In this document: in pieces, positions 48,055 to 50,870 of the stretch | Layout: each line of letters begins with the position of its first letter | Numbering within the stretch: the first letter of the stretch is position 1 | Assembly (NCBI GenBank): GCA_001687465.1 | Contig: LVLI01000040.1 | Span: forward strand, 62,001-112,870 | Reading direction: 5' to 3' | From: Halocafeteria seosinensis | Taxonomy: Eukaryota | Length of the DNA: 50,870 nt | Notes under the pieces: model-generated | The model's input: only the letters and a program-made list of their open reading frames with translations | The model's database searches: none | Told to the model about the DNA's origin: nothing | Position numbers and translations under genes: made by a program

Positions 48055-48941
48055 GCATACAGATTGACTTTAGAGGCATTTGTATGTGGGAATCCAGTTC
48101 CTCTTGATCAGCAAGCGGGGAACGAAATGATCAATGTGCCTTGTTAAGAATATGCTGAGCTCTAGAAAATTTTGTCTGGTAATCCTGCAACTATTTTATG
48201 TCCACTCACAGGTTTGCTAGGTGTAGCAAGGAATGAGCTGATGGCGACAGTGGTGGTGAAATCTAGGTCCTCAATAATCTCTTCGTGAACCAACGCTTCA
48301 AAGTGTTGCTCGTACGCGTTCCAATCATCATCGCTCCACTCTGCAAAACTTTTGGCAGCGGCCTTTATTTCTATTGGTTTCTCACACTGGCATGTCGTAC
48401 TTTCCATAGGTCCAGAGGTGCCCAATTTCCAGTGTGTCTTCGAGACATTGTTTAAGGTAAAATACGGCCGTTCTTCTCCAGTAACAGAGCGTTTTCACTG
48501 TCCCGGCCCCCAAGTAATGTAGTGCGGAATTCTCCAATTACCACCTTCCTATCCTGAATCGCTCATCAGGGGACGCCATGACGTACCTTGAATTGCATAC
48601 TGTTGTCTGCGACGATGGGCATGTCGAATGAAGCAGGATCTATATTTGCTGCCATCCCATGTATAGGTAGGCGTTCATGGATCATTGTTTGGGCGCAAAC
48701 CCCTCGCCTGCGAAAACCAAATAGACCGAGGGTCAAGCTCCCCTCATATTGTTATTTGAGAACATCATTTCAAATCTGTTAAGTCGTTCGTCCCAACCCT
48801 GTATCTCTCAGTCCAGACGACTCTGGAGGAAATCAAACATCAACAGCTTCAATTCAGATACGGGTTGATCGATTACATCAAGCAAGTTGCACTGATACTT
48901 TGTAACCTCCCCATCCCACGTTTAATTGAACATCTTACCGT

Positions 48942-49430
48942 ATGATGAGCCTCAAGAAGAGTGGAGGGGGACAGGGAGACCCTCGCGATGCGTCCAATGT
49001 CTGGGGCTGGAAAGCTCAGACTGACGATGCCTCTGCTGAGTTCGGGATGGCCGATGTTTGGCAACTGTGCAGTATGGGGACAGGCGTTGTCTCCCTCTTA
49101 TGGAAGGTATGTGACGTGCATTACTTCTGTATGATTTGCCATTATAGCCTGCGTGGTGCCCACATCCTCGCAGAACCTGTTCGTGGCTTGGTTTGCGCTA
49201 TTGTTCACTATTGCCGCCTTTACCACTCAATCCTTTGCCAAGAGAGACCTTAGGACTCTGACCATGTCATTCGCGTACGTTGGTGCTTGACAAACGAGGC
49301 AGCTAGACACAATAGGGCTTGAACCTGTACGGTGTCTGACCTTTTGGGGCGCAGGTTTTCGATTTCAACGTTGTTTATGCTCCATTTTAGACAGCCGGGA
49401 ATGGAAAGCAACAGTTCTGCTGCTATCTAA
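48942..49430 (+). CDS. Asterix / PAT10 (WDR83OS, UPF0139) family small ER membrane protein
   Basis: Three-exon model: GDPRDA...DVWQLCSMGTGVVSLLWK|NLFVAWFALLFTIAAF...DLRTLTMSFA|FSISTLFMLHFRQP. The DPR motif, AW and three TM segments fit the family. Confidence 0.72.
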
Positions 49431-50374
49431 TGGATGACATCAATGAGGAGAGGATGCTGCATTAAGTGAAGAGTGTCGTTTAAAGAATGTTTCATTCGTT
49501 TGATGTCGCTGACGACGCTGCGGGGGCGTTCATGTCATTGACACTGATTACATCAACTTACGCAGATTCACCTACACATCTGAATGAACTAACGTTGGTG
49601 CTTACGACTTCGAAATATCAGTCTATTCACTTCTTGGCTGCGGAGCACGCCGGAATAGGAAGGACTGTGCACGCAGAGAGATCTGAAATCGGAGAGTGTG
49701 TTTAATGGAAAGCACCAAAGTTATGATATTGCACTGTTTCTCCCAATGAGTGTAGCATTGTACACCCACCCATTCTTGTAGATACTGGGCTAGGATAACT
49801 GTGGCTGCAGAAGTTCAGAGAACCGAGGACAAGAGTGAACACGCAAGTACCCATATCCTACCTGAATGCTAAATCCATGCCATGTTCGCAGCCCAATTTC
49901 AGAGTTGATTAAATTCCAAAGTTACTATACCATACCCACTGCTAGGGTATTACCAATAATTTACCATGCTCTACGAGTTTTGTGACCTCCGCATCTGAGC
50001 TTCACAAGTCCCAAGATCCTCAATCAAAATCCTTCCCAATCGTTCATCGCAGCTCCCATGGGACAGTGTGGGTGTATTCAATCACATACTTGATTTGAGA
50101 ACCAAGAAGATTAAGTTTTGCATCAGAGATAGGGATGATATGGTGAAGTGCGGCGCTGCGGTTGAAGTTAGGACGCGGAAACTTCCGTTTAGCGCAAAAC
50201 TTGTCCCCACAGCCATCCATACTCTCTACTGCCTCGATTATCGTAGGTAGACCTCTAAGATAAAGGTCCATGGGACGTCAGCGGGTGCCTTTTTGAGAGA
50301 CGACGGCGAAAAGTGCAAGTAAACTTTGTCGGGTCCAACTTCAACTTGAGGACGGAAGTTTTGCGCAATGAAAG

Positions 50375-50870
50375 CAGAGCTGGGATATTTCGGGGGTCCG
50401 GTATCGGGGGTTTTTTCGGGGGCCCCGCCAGATTCTCTTCCGTACAGCTTGTTTTATCGGGGCTACATGGTGAAATTTCGGGGGCACAGTTGCCAGTGGA
50501 CCAATGATGGAACATGAGCCGATTTAGACACAGAAATGGCGTGTAATTCGAGTGGTGCAACAACGTACTCTCTACTGACTATTCACTATCTTCTAAATCT
50601 ACGGCCACATCCAGGTTTGACTGGTCTGGCCCGGTTTTCAAGGCCTTTTGTTGCCTGTAGGTCCGAAAGTCTGCAAGCACTTCATCGATAATCCAATCAT
50701 TTAGTCTGACGAACATTTCCATCTTAAATGCTTTCGGTTCCTGAGCGTTTCTACGGAAGTCTTGCTGCTGCCGAGTGACGCATGAGAAGGCACGTTCTAC
50801 GGAAGCAGAAGAGAAAGGGATACCAAGTCTTCCCAGCACCCAGTCGGCTAGCTGCGGATACGTACCACGC
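50375..50870 (-). mobile_element. 3' end of a hAT DNA transposon, with a putative terminus at 50375
   Basis: Transposase tail, GC-rich subterminal TCGGGG repeats (50390-50485) and a CAGAGCTGGG end resembling hAT TIR starts. The other end is not visible. Confidence 0.6.
50579..50870 (-). CDS. hAT-family transposase, C-terminal dimerisation domain (5' part outside the window)
   Basis: YPQLADWVLGRLGIPFSSASVERAFS matches the hAT dimerisation consensus (YP.L...L.iPasSa..ER.FS). Confidence 0.85.
   Translation of the reverse strand, partial: RGTYPQLADWVLGRLGIPFSSASVERAFSCVTRQQQDFRRNAQEPKAFKMEMFVRLNDWIIDEVLADFRTYRQQKALKTGPDQSNLDVAVDLEDSE

Noticed and set aside
1..50870. tRNA, rRNA or other known RNA genes
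   Set aside because: None recognised by eye; tRNAscan-SE and Infernal would be needed to exclude them.

Overview
Gene-dense eukaryotic genomic DNA (~50% GC, short GT-AG introns mostly 60-110 nt). Gene content (mitochondrial-type HCF101, 7TM-TKL kinase, apicomplexan-like profilin, NB-ARC-TPR) suggests a SAR protist, plausibly a stramenopile; this is inference. Left to right: partial S4+RluA pseudouridine synthase (-), GH36 alpha-galactosidase with a large insert (+), Tim17-like membrane protein (-), IAH1-like SGNH esterase (+), HCF101-like Fe-S scaffold (+) whose CDS end overlaps a coiled-coil gene (-), 7TM-TKL kinase (+), divergent profilin (+), two tandem ~2,650-2,720 aa channel genes (-), Vps55-like (+), SET methyltransferase (+), ankyrin protein (+), intronless 2TM-NB-ARC-TPR NLR-like gene (+), Asterix/PAT10-like (+), and the end of a hAT transposon (-). 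The best candidate for an undescribed system is the tandem pair. Each gene fuses a complete two-pore channel (6TM-EF hand-6TM, with Glu in both pore filters) to four extra TM helices that enclose two large Cys- and sequon-conserving, dCache-like ectodomains. This would be a putative ligand-sensing Ca2+ channel. All splice models and family calls were made by eye, without database searches.
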